A program made the translations under genes and the position numbers. The notes under the pieces were generated by a model, which made no database searches, was not told the origin of the DNA, and saw only the letters and a program-made list of their open reading frames with translations. A stretch of 64,000 nt of DNA from Ranitomeya imitator (lineage: Eukaryota), in contig NC_091284.1 of the NCBI RefSeq assembly GCF_032444005.1, positions 463,264,001 through 463,328,000 of the forward strand, in the 5' to 3' direction. Within the stretch, counting starts at the first letter, position 1; each line of letters opens with the position of its first letter. Of the stretch, positions 1 through 12,638 are shown piece by piece.

Positions 1-246
1 CATAGAGGTCTCAAGGAGACCTATGGTTGTCATGCTGACTAACTGATGACCCCAGACAATGCAATGGAGGTCACCGGTGTACATATTTCCGGCCCACTGG
101 CCGGTAGCGCGATTTAAATGCTGCTGTCAGAGTTTGTTCAAAACAGCTGACATCTCCCCAGAAAGATGTGGGCTCACCACCGGAGCCCACATCAAAGCGG
201 GGGATACTGACGTCAGCGTACTAATACGCCTTATGTCAGTAAGGGG
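1..246. mobile_element. Right end of a TTAA-targeting (piggyBac-type) non-autonomous DNA transposon
   Basis: Ends ...AAGGGG|TTAA (247-250); the reverse complement of about 130-250 matches 30060-30158. Confidence 0.55.
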
Positions 247-250
247 TTAA

Positions 251-654
251 TATGCTTGGATACAATACTCTGTGAACAGCCAGCTTCTTTAGCAATGACC
301 TTTTGTGGCTTATCCTCCTTGTGGAGTGTGTCAATGACTGCCTTCTGGACATCTCTCAAGTCAGCAGTCTCCCCCATGATTATGGAGCCTACTGAAACAG
401 AATAAGGGACATTTTCAAACGCTTAGGAAGCCTTTGTAGGTGCTTTTTGTTAATTATTCTAATTTAATGAGATAATGACTTTTGGGTTTTCATTGGCTGT
501 AAGCCATAATCATCAACATTAACAGAAATAAACACTTGAAATAGATCACTCTGTTTGTAATGGCTCTATATGATATATTAGTTTCACCTTTTGTTTTGAA
601 GAACTGAAATAAATTAACTTTCTGATGATATTCTAATTTTGTGAGAAGCACCTG
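251..654. mobile_element. Tc1-family terminal fragment
   Basis: Ends CACCTG|TA; the same terminal sequence recurs at 24982-25150 and about 40320-40494, where it adjoins Tc1 transposase remnants. Confidence 0.75.
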
Positions 655-2148
655 TATTGCCACATAAAGGTACATTGGTCAGATTTCAAAAATTTGGCCC
701 AGTCACTAAGGGGCTAGCAAAAAAAATGGTGCATTACTTCATATTACTTGGACTCAGGATAAAAAAATAAACTTTGTTGGAGAAAAAAACATTTAAGGGT
801 TTTTTTTGGGGGAGGGGGGTTAGTGCACCCTTGAGCAATAAAAATTTGCAGGTAAAAAGGGTTGAACGGTGGATATATGTTTTATTTTCTAACCACCCCG
901 ACTATCATACTGTGTAACAACAGATTATCCTTGCTGTAAAGCAAGAGAGCGGTATTGAATTGCTGCAACTGCTACAGCAGTGTGGATGAAAGTCACTGCA
1001 GATTTGATTTGATGACTCTAAAGAAAAAATGATAGTCTTTGTAAGGACAATTTGTTATTCCTTAAAAGAAAGATACATCAGAAGGTGAGTGGATAGTAAT
1101 GTTTAATGCCAGGCAGCTTTCCATTTCACAAAAGTGATTTCAAAATTGATTTCTCTGTACGTGTGCAGAAATGCTGACTGACAGAATCATGCAGGGCCAA
1201 TAAATCTGCCACATATTTTGTTAAGTACTTATTCATTTTGAAATATATCTATATTACCAGAATAACAATAGGATATTGCAAGGCAGGATGCATAAATTGT
1301 GCTAATGATAACAAGACAAAACTATGCACCTCTAAATCAATATTCCTTTCTAATGCAATATCAAGAAGAGCAATGCAAACATCAATGAAAAAGCAAAATA
1401 AATAAAACATAATATAATGATAAAATCCTAGAAATCTGAGGGAAACATATAACCTATTAGAATAATTGAATCATTCAAGGATTTCTAACTGAAACAATAG
1501 TAAAAAAAGAAAACAGCACAAAAAAATAGAAAAAGTGGACTTTAATGCCTGAACGGAACTGAAACAATAGCAATAAAAAAAAAACGTTCAACTAAAAATT
1601 CAATTAACTACCTAACCCATAGAAGCCAAGGAAAATTGACATATGGTCTAAATCAGGTTTCTTTGTAAATATATTTAGGAAAAATTATGATTTTTTTCAA
1701 TTTTACATAACTCTATCGATATTAAAAAATACAAAAATCTAACATTTTCACACTCGCCACTAGACCATATACTAGGCTCACACTTCCTGTTTTTGAAGAC
1801 TTTTCTCTAGCCACATCATCATCACAGACATGATTACAATGAAAGTTAACACCTGTATATACAGTAGATAACTCAGGATTCACAATAGATCTTTTTAATA
1901 GATCACTTCCTTCCCCTCCCTTCATAATGATCTGTGCCCAGATTAGAGCATGCTCACATTAGAAGATCAGAAGGTTTCCATGCAAACAAGTAGGGTCTGA
2001 GGGAATCTATTGCTGCTAATGTCCATGTGCACAAAAGGAATTAGAAGTTTTAAATTAGGTGTGAAAATTATATATAATATTATTTTTCGATGGAGTGAAA
2101 TATAAAATAAAACAATCAACAAATTTTAAACCTACTTAACATACTAAT

Positions 2149-2924
2149 TGTTAGGTGCGAGTTCCCATCGCTGCACTGGGGGAATCTCGAACCATGTCTG
2201 CTGTGATCTCCCATTCTCCTCCAGCCGCAGTGCAACCTGCTCAGCGGAGACATCTGTCTCAGCGTCTGGCTCAGCCTGATACTCTGCAAATGGTTACTGC
2301 TGTCTTTCCAGGCTCTGCCTTTGTAGCCAGCACTGGTCAGCGGCAAGCAGGCTTTTCTGGGACTAAGTCCTGGTTTTCAGGCATTGAGCATGCCCACAGG
2401 AGGACTTCTCCTTGGAGGTCGGAGGTCACATGCTCAGGTCCTGTAGCAGCTCCCATTGGTCTACCAGGAAGGTCCTGAAGAGCTGCAACTATAAAAGGTT
2501 CGCATGGCCGCATGGCCATGTGCTAGTATCATTTATGTTTGGCAGTTGCCAGTGAATACTCTACCACTCTGTACATATGTGGTGTGTCTGTGTAGCTTTG
2601 GGGCTGTACATTCAGGCAGGCAGCTAGCGTCAGTGGGGGCAATTAGCCTTGGCTTAGCATCTGGTTCCTTCATGTGTGCGGTAAGCACAGAAGAGTACCA
2701 GAGCAAGCACAACCCTAGTTAGAGTATTAGTTTCCGTGTACAGCGCAACTCTGTGAAGCAACAGAGGTCGCTTACATTTCACACAGGGTGAGGTTAACCT
2801 ACGTGTGAGCTCAGTGTCCATCCGCCATTACTTAGCAGCAGATATCTCTGCACGGTGGACCCCGGGCTGCGAACTCACCTTGTAGCTACCTATCTCTACT
2901 CGGTGCGTTCCGCTAGCCCTAACA
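2149..2924 (+). repeat. 5' LTR
   Basis: TGTTAGG...CCTAACA 7-bp terminal inverted repeat; TATAAAA at 2490-2496; direct repeat of 7795-8568. Confidence 0.95.
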
Positions 2925-2926
2925 GT

Positions 2927-2936
2927 ATACTAGCGC
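2927..2936 (+). promoter_or_regulatory. Putative self-priming primer-binding site (non-tRNA)
   Basis: ATACTAGCGC is the reverse complement of GCGCTAGTAT, found 30 nt after the TATA box in the 3' LTR (8167-8176); the 5' LTR copy (2520-2529) pairs with one G-U wobble. No TGG-type tRNA PBS follows the LTR. Confidence 0.75.
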
Positions 2937-2953
2937 CAGGGTCTGGCTAAGTA

Positions 2954-3840
2954 ATGGCGGAAGAACAGCGATTGCAGGGGTACATCCAGCAGCTGAAGGG
3001 CAGGTTGGCGGCTCTCGAGCGTGCAACCTCAGCTGTGGATGTTACCGAAATAGCTGTTCAGGCTGCTAGCGTGGCTGCAGCAACTTTAACCACTGCCACC
3101 TCTGTTCCGACCTTATCCCACCTCCCGCTGCCAGAGAAGTACTCTGGTGACAGTAAATCATGTAGGGGCTTCGTGAGCCAGTGCGGTATACACCTCGAGC
3201 TCCTGGCTGCACGTTTTGCCACAGAGCAGGCAAAGGTGGGATTCATTATTTCTCTTCTGTCGGACAGGGCGTTGGAGTGGGCTACGCCGCTGTGGGAGCG
3301 CGACGATCATGTGGTGCAGAGTGCTCCTCGGTTTTTGGTCACTCTGAAACAGGTCTTTTTAGGACCTCGAGTCACCCATGATACAGCGCTCCAACTGCTG
3401 GCATTGACTCAGGGTTAGTCCATAGTCTGCCATTTTGCCGTCCACTTCCGGACTTTAGCATCCGAGCTGGAGTGGCCGGATAAAGCCCTCATCCCGGTAT
3501 TTTGGAGGGGGCTGGCTGACCATGTGAAGGATGCTTTGGCCACTAGGGAGATTCCTGCCACACTGGAGGAGCTCAAACAGTATCAACTCGCATCGACCTT
3601 CGTTTTAACGAGCGAAGGTTGGAGCGAGCCCAGTGTAGGCAGAGGTTTCGGCTGGCTCCCACCTTCGCCGAAACTCTGGAATCTCCGGTCCAGGCGTCCG
3701 AGTCACATGAGGCCATGGAGGTGTCACGAGTGGGATCTAAGTCCCGGACCACTCGAACACTTAAGGTCTGTCATGTTTGCCGGCAGTCAGGACACCTTGC
3801 CTCGAGGTGTTCTAATGAGTCGGGAAAACATCAGCGTCTA
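2954..3840 (+). pseudogene. gag: Gypsy gag (capsid-like region plus CCHC zinc knuckle), interrupted
   Basis: PLPEKYSGD..CRGFVSQC..AKVGFIISLLSDRALEWATPLW motif; CHVCRQSGHLASRC knuckle at about 3769-3810; stop at 3416-3418 and frameshifts. Confidence 0.9.
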
Positions 3841-5657
3841 GTGGTAGTCGGAGGAGGTACACTAGACACAGCGAGGTTTTCCTCCAAATTGTCCTTCAAG
3901 GGGACAATTACCATAGGCCCATCCACTCTTATGGTAGAGCTTTGCGTGGACTCAGGGGTGGAGGGCATTTTTATGTCATCTGCTTTCGCCCAACGACACG
4001 CAATACCCCTGGTGATGCTCGCCAAACCTGTGACCATTTGAGTGGTAAATGGGTCGATACTAGCCTCACAAATTACACACCAAACCATTCCTTTCACCCT
4101 TTCCATGTCTCCATCTCAACAGGAGATTATTTCCCTACTAGTCATTCCCGAGGGAATAGATGAGGTCTTGCTGGGGATACTATAGCTATGCTACCACTCT
4201 CCTCCTATAGAGTGGTCCTCGGGGAGAATTTTGGGATGGAGTAAATCCTGTGAGGGTAGATGTCAGAGGGAGTGCATTCAAGTTGCTACAACTGAGGTAC
4301 CCGCAGATCTTTCCTCTCTCGCCAAGCACTATTGAACCTATGCGGATGTATTTTCCAAAAGGGCTGCGGAGACCCTTACGCCTCACCACCCCTATGACTG
4401 TCCTATTGATCTCTTCCCTGGTGCAGAGCCTCCCCAGGGTCGAGTCTATCCGTTATCTCTTCCGGAGATGGAGGCAATGTCACAGTACATCCAAGAGAAT
4501 CTGGCAAGAGGATTCATTAGGAAGTCAGTGTCACCTGCAGGGGCTGGGTTCTTCTTCGTGCAGAAGAAGAGTGGAGAACTACATCCATGCATAGACTACA
4601 GCCTTCTAACTACTAACGCCATCACCATTAAGAATAAGTACCCACTACCCCTGATATCTGAGCTCTTTGATAGGCTACGGGGGCAAGTTTATTTACTAAC
4701 TTAGATCTGCGGGGTGCTTACAACCTGATTCGCATCCGTGAGGGAGACGAATGGAAGACGGCTTTTAATACCAGGGTTGGGAACTATGAATATCTGGTGA
4801 TGCCCTTCGGGCTCTGTAATGCCCCAGCCGCTTTCCAAGACTTTGTGAACGACATCTTCCGGTATATGCTCACCACCTCGGTCGTAGTCTATCTGGATGA
4901 TATTCTCATCTACTCTTCAGATATAGACTCCCACCGGAGAGATGTTTGCAAATTCTTCGACCTCTTACGGGCAAACTCCCTCTACGCCAAGTTGGAGAAG
5001 TGTGTGTTTAAGCAGGAGTCCTTGCCTTTCCTAGGCTATATCACCTCTGTCCAGGGATTGGCTATGGATCCTGCCAAGCTACAGGCTGTGATGGACTGGC
5101 AGGAACCCCATTCTCTTAAAGCGGTGCAGCACTTTATGGGGTTCATTAATTACAATCGCCAGTTCATTCCCCACTTCTCAACTTTGGTAGTTCCCTTGGT
5201 TTCCCTCACCAAGAAGGGAGCAAATCCCAAATTGTGGTCGGGGGAGGTCTCCAAGGCCTTTCTCGCTATTAAGTCACACTTCGCTAGCGCTCCCATCCTA
5301 CATCGCACCGATGTAGATAAGCCGTTTATAATGGAGGTGGATGCCTCATCTGTTGGTGCTGGAGCAGTCCTCCTCCAAAAGGATGCTCAAGGTCGGAAGC
5401 ATCCTTGCTTCTTCTTCTCCAAGACCTTCTCACCAGCAGAGAGGAAGTATTCCATCGGGGACAGGGAGTTGCTAGCCATGATGTTGGCTTTCTCAGAGTG
5501 GAGACACCTCCTGGAGGGGGCTCGCTTTCCCTTCCAAGTTACTTACTTACAGACTGCCCAGCGGCTAAATTTACACCAGGCCAGATGATCCATGTTTTTC
5601 TCCCGGTTCCATTTCACCCTCTATTTTCTCTCCAGGGAGAAGAACATTTGTAATGAC
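3841..5657 (+). pseudogene. pol: Gypsy pol: protease, reverse transcriptase and RNase H, fragmented
   Basis: LCVDSG protease motif; [30 protein letters not shown] and VYLDDILIYS (RT); EVDASSVGAGAVL and YSIGDRELLA (RNase H), spread over several frames. Confidence 0.93.
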
Positions 5658-6421
5658 TAGTGTTGAGCATTCCGATACCGCAAGTATCGGGTATCGGCCG
5701 ATACTTGCGGTATCGGAATTCCGATACCGAGATCCGATATTTTTGTGATATCGGGTATCGGTATCGAATCAATAGGGATGTGTAAAATAAAGAATTAAAA
5801 TAAAAAATATTGATATGCTCACCTCTCCGGCGGCCCCTGGACTTCACACTGCTAACCGGGAGGCTTCTTTGTTTAAAAAGCGCGCCTTTCGGACCTGTGA
5901 ATGACGTCCCGGCTTCTGATTGGTCGCGTGCCGCCCATGTGACCGGCACGCGACCAATCAGAGGCCGCGACGTCATTCGCAGGTCCTCAATTCCTAGAAT
6001 TAGCAGTTTTGTGAATGAGAATGACATCGCGGCTTCTGATTGGCCGCGTGCCGGTCACATGGGCGGCACGCGACCAATCAGAAGCCGGGACGTCATTCAC
6101 AGGTCCGAAAGGCGCGCTTTTTAAACAAAGAAGCCTCCCGGTTAGCAGCGTGAAGTCCAGGGGCCGCCGGAGAGGTGAGCATATCAATATTTTTTATTTT
6201 AATTCTTTATTTTACACATCCCTATGGATCCCAGGGCCTGAAGGAGAGTTTGCTCTCCTTCAGACCCTGGGAACCATGAGAATACCTTCCGATACTTGAT
6301 GTCCCATTGACTTGTATTGGTATCGGATATCGGTATCGGCGATATCCGATATTTTTCGGGTATCGGCCGATACTATCCGATACCGATACTTTCAAGTATC
6401 GGACGGTATCGCTCAACACTA
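5658..6421. mobile_element. hAT-superfamily MITE inserted in Gypsy pol
   Basis: TIR TAGTGTTGAGC / GCTCAACACTA; perfect 8-bp TSD GTAATGAC (5650-5657 and 6422-6429); ~200-bp internal inverted arms (about 5776-5980 vs 6027-6230). Confidence 0.93.
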
Positions 6422-6429
6422 GTAATGAC

Positions 6430-7790
6430 GCTCTCTCCCGCTCCGTAGTGTCATCAGAGGAGGAGGAGGAGCCTCAGCTTTTTGTCCCTTCTGAGAGCTT
6501 GAGAACCGTGGCTCTGGTTTCACTAGAGTCTGTGCCCCCGGGCAAGAGTTTTGTACCATCAAATTTGCGACCTCTCTTGGGCTCATTTGTCCTGGGTGGG
6601 TGGACATTTTGGGACCAAGAGGACATCTGTGCTTCTGGCGAGGACATACTGGTGGCCGCATATGGCTCGTGACATCAGGGACTGTATTTGGAAGAATCAA
6701 TCTCCTCGGAAATGGCCTGCTAGGCTACTTTACCACCTGCTGGTGGCAGACAGGCCATGGGAGATGGTCGGGATGGACTTCGTGGTGGGCTTACCTAAGT
6801 CTCGTAGCTGCACCGTTATCTGTGTAGTCACCGATCATTTTTCTAAAATGGTGCACTTGTTGTCGCTTCCACAGTTAACTTCTGCATGGGCCTTGGCGGT
6901 ATTGTTCATAAAACATATTTTCCGTCTACATGGCATGCCTGACGAAATTGTCAGTGACTGGGGTCCCCAGTTCGTGTCTCAGTTTTGGAGAGAGTTCTGT
7001 CGTTTACTCTGCATTGAGCTGAATCTTCTGCATACCACCCCGAGACGAATGGCTAGGTAGAGAGGGCCAACCAGACTCTGGTGACATACCTGTGACATTT
7101 TGTCTCTGCTAGGCAGGATAACTGGACATCTTTGCTACCTTGGGCAGAATTTGCTTTGAACAACGCCATAGCTGACACCACTGGGAAGACTCCATTTCTC
7201 CTTAATTATGGCCAGCATCCACGTCTCATCCACGGAGTCCAGGGTGGCAGACTGGGCAATGGAGGCACATGACATTTGGGACTGCACACAGGATGCCATT
7301 CGGGCCTCTAAGAGAATGAGGGTTTCTGCTGATGCACATCTGAGCCCCGCTCCGACCTTCGCTCCTGGCGACTTAGTGAGGCTCTCCGCCTGTAACATCA
7401 GGCTGCGAGTTGAGTCCACTAAGTTTGCGCCTCGTTACATTGGTCCTTTCAAGGTTCTGGAACAGATTAATCCTGTGGTCTACTGTCTGACTATTCCTCC
7501 GCACCTTGGTATCACCGACACCTTTCATGTTTCCCTCTTAAAGCCCGTCTATATGTCCCGGCTTTCCAAGTCATCTGCCAGGACATCGGGTTCATCCACG
7601 GATGAGTACGAGGTGAACTCTATCTTGGGATGCAAGATGGTACGTGGCAAGAAATACTATCTGGTGGACTGGAAGGGTCACGGCCCAGGGGACAGAACCT
7701 GGGAACCTGTGGAGCACATTCGTACTCCGCTGCTCATGGCAGCCTTTGAGCATAGTGAGGTTCAAGGAGGCAGGGGCCCTAGGAGGGGGG
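6430..7790 (+). pseudogene. pol: Gypsy integrase and C-terminal chromodomain, fragmented
   Basis: GHFG..RT, RPWEMVGMDFVVGLP, IVSDWGPQFVSQFW and PRYIGPFKV motifs; chromodomain EYEVNSILGCKMVRGKKYYLVDWKGHGPGDRTWEP. Confidence 0.92.
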
Positions 7791-7791
7791 G
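7781..7791 (+). promoter_or_regulatory. Polypurine tract
   Basis: AGGAGGGGGGG just upstream of the 3' LTR. Confidence 0.85.
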
Positions 7792-7794
7792 TAA

Positions 7795-8568
7795 TTTTAG
7801 GTGTCAAGTTCCCACCGCTACACAGGGGGAATCTTGAACCATGTCTGCTGCGGTCTCCCATTCTCCTCCAGCCGCAGTGGAACCTGCTCAGCGGAGACGT
7901 CGGTCCCAGCGTTTGGCTCAGCCTGATACTGTGTGAATGGTTACTGCTGCCTTTCCAGGCTCTGCCTTTTTAGCCAGCACTGGTCAGCGGTGAGCAGGCT
8001 TTTCTGGGACTAAGTCCTGCTTTTCACACACTGAGCATGCCCACGGGAGGACCTCTCATTGGAGGTCAGAGGTCACATGCTCAGGTCCTGTAGCAGCTCC
8101 CATTGGTCTACCAGGAAGGTCCTGAAGAGCTGCAACTATAAAAGGTTTGCATGGCCGCACGGCCATGCGCTAGTATCAGTTATGTTTGGCAGTTGCCAGT
8201 GAATACTCTACCACTCTGTACATATGTGGTGTGAGTCTGTGTAGCTTTGGGGCTGTACATTCAGGCAGGCAGCTAGTATCATTGGAGGCAATTAGCCTTG
8301 GCTTAGCATCTGGTTCCTTCATGTGTGCGGTTAGCACAGAAGAGTACCAGAGCAAGCAAAACCCTAGTTAGGGTATTAGTTTCCGTGTACAGCACGACTC
8401 TGTGAAGCAACAGAGGTCGCTTACATTTCACACAGGGTGAGGTTAACCTACGTGTGAGCTCAGTGTCCATCCGCCATTACTTAGCAGCAGATATCTCTGC
8501 ACGGTGGACCCCGGGCTGCGAACACACCTTGTAGCTACCTATCTATACTTGGTGCGTTCCGCTAGCCC
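7795..8568 (+). repeat. 3' LTR (first TG mutated to TT, last ~5 nt missing)
   Basis: Direct repeat of 2149-2919; TATAAAA at 8137-8143; ends GCTAGCCC and runs straight into mariner sequence. Confidence 0.93.
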
Positions 8569-9218
8569 ATGTGCCATGGAAACTTTTTCAACAGACTGAT
8601 CACACAGGATGAAAGCTGGGTCCATCACTATGATCTTGAGACTAAAGTCCAGTCGATGCAATGGAAGTAGCATGACTCACTGCCTCCAAAGAAGGCACAC
8701 GCCCAACCCTCAGCAGACAATGTCATGCTCATAATATGGGACCAGCAAGGAGTAGTATTGATGGATTTCCTAGCAAAGGGTACCATGATCACTAGGGTAT
8801 ACTATGCCTCACTGCTGCAGAAATTACGGGAGGCCATCAAAACCATGAGACGTGGCATGCTCAGCAAAGGTGTCCACCTTCTGCAAGACAATGTACTAGT
8901 TCACAACTCACATGTTGCCCAAATGGAAAAATTTTCCTGTGGCTTTGAAATTCTACTGCACCTCCTTCCAACAATTAAGTTATTTTTGTAGGGCAAGCAT
9001 TTTCCAGATGATGAAACTCTGATTTCCAAAGTCACAACTTGGCTTTTGGAGCAATCTGTCAACTTCTACAAGTGAGGTGTTTACAGTTGCTTAGAGATGG
9101 GAGAAGTCTGTGTCCCTAGGTGGCACCAATGTAAAGAAGGCCTAATAACTGTGCCAAGTTTCATTGCTCTCATTCCACAGGAAGTGGGTCAGGGGAAATC
9201 TTTAGTGCATGCCCCTTG
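8569..9218 (+). mobile_element. Mariner transposon 3' half (DD34D catalytic-domain remnant)
   Basis: Translates to FFNRLITQDESWVHHYDLETK..QWK, VVLMDFLAKG, KGVHLLQDN; ends CCCCTTG|TA (mariner-like TIR with TA). Confidence 0.85.
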
Positions 9219-9696
9219 TATGTTTCATATTGTATGCATTTGAAATTTTTGCACATGCACTTTGTTATTATGATTATTGTATCTAGCCTGTGCTTTACAT
9301 GGCTGTACATTTTTGGTACTTCCTCTGTTTAGTGCACTTCATTCACACCCTGTATGCCTATTATACAACATATTTTTTCCTGTGCATGCATACAGGTTTT
9401 TCAGATGATTTTGGCCTGCATTTCTAGGATGTAAAAGCATTTTTTGGACAGAAAGCATTTTTTATATCTCATGCACAGGCAGTTCTACAGACTTATTGTT
9501 TCCCGACCGATTCTCTAACAGATTTAGGATTTGGCCTAAAGCACTGCAATTTTTGGGTCCTATATATTGGCATAGTTTATTATGCCTTTTAATTGTTTTC
9601 AATATTTTCTTGTTTGGCTTGTGGTGTCAATAACTATTTTTTTCTTTATTTGGTGATCACTGTCTTTTTCATATTGCCTTTCTCTTCTTATATTTG

Positions 9697-10176
9697 CTGT
9701 AATCCTGTGCATGCGCCGTCCACTCGAACGGTTATGTGAATCTTATTTGCCCTTCTATGGGCAGAGTCTTCATTGATCTTCTGCACAGGCACTGGTGAAT
9801 CACTGTGCAGTAGCAGAGCCTTGCCGGCGCAGAAGATTGATGAAGACTCTGCCCATAGAAGAGCGAATAAGATTCACATAACCGCACGAGTTGACGACGC
9901 ATGAGCAGGATTACAGTGCCGCAACTGCACGTCATAGGTCAGTGTGACGTACATGGGAGGGGGGTGACATTATAATGAAGAGATGAGGCAGAGATTTCTT
10001 CCAGGTACTGCACACCCCAGAGCCTGGAAGAAATCATTAACATATAACATTAAAACTGCTTTTCTCACCATCTTCACCTCAGCTATGAGGCATACAAACA
10101 AGACTGGTTTAACCATTCTATTACCTGTCTGCCCACAGAAATAGCTTAAATTCGTCCAGGGGGTGAAAGATTCCCT
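9697..10176. mobile_element. T2/Kolobok-type MITE remnant with palindromic core
   Basis: Inverted arms at about 9730-9784 and 9828-9882; right terminus AAGATTCCCT|CTAA resembles the AGATTCCCT|TTAA end of other copies. Confidence 0.6.
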
Positions 10177-10380
10177 CTAATGATGATGTTACTGCTAACA
10201 TGAAGAAATGTTTTTTTGCAGTCCATGCCAGTTTGTCTGAAATGGATAGGTTTAAAAAATCTACAGTGAAAACTTGACAGTAATCTATGGGCCTAAATTG
10301 TACTTCCATGCACCTTCAGGACATGCATTTTTCTCTTGTGAATTTATATGGAAGCATTGCTTCTGCAAAAGTATACATAC

Positions 10381-10502
10381 CCTTAGGAGAACACCATGCA
10401 GCGTTAAATGGATCACAAAAGAGGAGGTATTAATGTAAATATGCTTTGAAATGGGAGTTTCGGACATATTTTTGAGGCAATCGCATTCACATCCACCAAA
10501 TT
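10381..10502 (-). CDS. Weak candidate exon of the dynein heavy chain-like gene
   Basis: Strong polypyrimidine tract plus TTTAG acceptor, GTATGT donor, open in phase 1 (compatible with exon 14842-15019); the peptide EFGGCECDCLKNMSETP.. has no recognisable motif. Confidence 0.3.
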
Positions 10503-11059
10503 CTAAAGTTGGAAAGCATGAGTAATTAAAAACAAAAAAATTAAAAATTAAATAAGATGCCTAAATAGAATAAGTTACTTATAACAAAAGGTCGCTTTGT
10601 CGCAATATACATTGCTGAATTTGCACTAGGCTTTAGAGATAAGTTAAAAAGCTAACAAAATGTCCCCACTGACATTGGTAATCTTTAATTTAATATAGAA
10701 AGTCAGCAAATATGTCTCTGAAAATCAATATGGAAAATCCTCTATTGATGAGGCTTTTTTACCATCTGGGTTTTACATAACACTAAAATCATTCACTTAA
10801 AGTTTGAATTATTTTAGTAAGGAAAGTATTGCATTTGTCTTCATAAATTCATAAATTAAAATATAAGAAAAGTCATGTCATTGGTGGAGTAATCAATGTT
10901 ACCCATGTAAAGACATTTAATTGTAAGCAGTGATATTTCATTGATTCTCAATGTTGAATTATGTTAAGCTTCAATGAGAATTAACCCAACCTGCTTGCGG
11001 ACTATTGATTCTAGAATATGTAGTTGTAAATTTTCAGACAAGATCTTATCTGTAATTTA

Positions 11060-12638
11060 CCGTATATACTCGAGTATAAGCCGACCCGAGTATAAGTCGA
11101 GACCCATAATGTTGCCACAAAAAACTGGGAAAACTTAATGACTCGAGTATAAGCCTAGGGTGGAAAATGCAGCAGCTACTGGTAAATGTCAAAAATAAAA
11201 ATAGGTACCAATAAAAGTAAAATGAACCGAGACATCAGTAGGTTAAGTGTTTTTGAATATCCATATTGAATCAAGAGCCCCATATAATGCTCCATACAGT
11301 TCATGATGGGTCCCATAAGATGCTCCATATTAAAATATGCCCCATATAATGCTGCACAAATGTTGATTATGACCCCATAAGATGCTCCATAGAGACATTT
11401 TCCCCCATATAATGCTGCACAAATGCTGCTTATGGCCCCATAAGATGCTCCATAGAGACATTTGCCCCATACAGTGCTGCACAAATGCTGATTATGGCCC
11501 CATAAGATGCTCCATAGACACATTTGCCCCATATAAGGCTGCAAAAATGCTGATTATGGCCACATAAGATGCTCCATAGACACATTTGCCCCATATAATG
11601 CTGCACAAATGCTGCTTATGGCCCCATAAGATGCTCCATAGAGACATTTGCCATATACAGTGCTGCACAAATGCTGATTATGGCCCCATAAGATGCTCCA
11701 TAGACACATTTGCCCCAGATAATGCTGCACAAATGCTGATTATGGCCACATAAGATGCTCCATAGACACATTTGCCCCATATAATGCTGCACAAATGCTG
11801 ATTATGGCCACATAAGATGCTGCACAGACACATTTGCCCCATATAATGCTGCACAAATGCTGATTATGGCCCCATAAGATGCTCCATAGAGATATTTGCC
11901 CCCATATAACACTGCACATGGCCCCATAAGATGCTCCATAGAAATATTTGCCCCATATAACGCTGCACATGGCCCCATAAGATGCTCCATAGAGATATTT
12001 GCTCCATATGCTGTTGCTGCAATAAAAAAAAAAATCACATACTCACCTTTCGTCGCTCAGGCCCCTGGCACTTGCTATATTCACCTGTCCCACGTTCCAC
12101 CACTGAGCGCTGCTGTGTCTTCCGCGTCCTCTGCACTAACTGTTCAGGCAGAGAGGTGTGCACACTATCGCGCCCTCTGACCTGAGCGTCACTGCAGAGA
12201 GCAGAGGATGCAGAAGACGGAGCGGCGCCGACGGTGGAACGCGGGACAGGTGAATATGCCCCCGTTATACTCACCTGCTCCTGGGGTGGTCCCTGCACGT
12301 TCCTGGTTCTTCCGGCGCTGACAGCTTCTACCTGTATTGAGCGGTCACATGGTACCGCTCATTACAGTAATGAATATGTGGCTCCACCCCAATGGGAGTC
12401 CATATTCATTACTGTAATGAGCGGTACCATGTGACCGCTCAATACAGGAAGAAGCTGTCAGCGCCCAGAGAACGAGGGACCTGCAGGGAACGTGCCAGGA
12501 GCAAGTGAGTATTATTAGACAGCTGCCGCTCCCCCTCCCCTGCTGACCCCTGAGAATGACTCAAGTATTAGCCGAGAAGGGAAATTTCAGCCTAAAAAAA
12601 TGGGCTGAAATTCTCAGCTTATACTTAAGTATATACAG
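11060..12638. mobile_element. Non-autonomous Tc1/mariner-superfamily (pogo/Tc2-like TIR) element
   Basis: TA|CCGTATATACTCGAGTATAAGCCG ... CAGCTTATACTTAAGTATATACAG|TA; contains a minisatellite and a palindromic core (about 12300-12480). Confidence 0.85.
11277..12010. repeat. ~59-bp minisatellite inside the MITE
   Basis: About 12 copies of GCCCCATAAGATGCTCCATAGAGACATTTGCCCCATATAATGCTGCACAAATGCTGATTAT. Confidence 0.95.

Larger units (their letters stand above)
2149..8568 (+). mobile_element. Ty3/Gypsy LTR retrotransposon, chromovirus (sushi-like) type, decayed
   Basis: Two ~775-bp LTRs; gag, CCHC knuckle, protease (DSG), RT (YLDD), RNase H, integrase and chromodomain remnants in Gypsy order; PPT before the 3' LTR; many stops and frameshifts. 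Confidence 0.97.

Noticed and set aside
5810-6187. Two near-identical ORFs (MICSPLRR..) on opposite strands
   Set aside because: By-product of the MITE's inverted arms.
10125-10236. Apparent next dynein exon (DKLAW..SLEGIFHPLDEFKLFLWADR), phase-compatible and superficially dynein-like
   Set aside because: Its 3' half is the terminus of a T2/Kolobok MITE (TTAG|AGGGAATCTTTCACCCC, matching the TTAA|AGGGAATCTGTCA TIR), so the similarity is probably coincidental.
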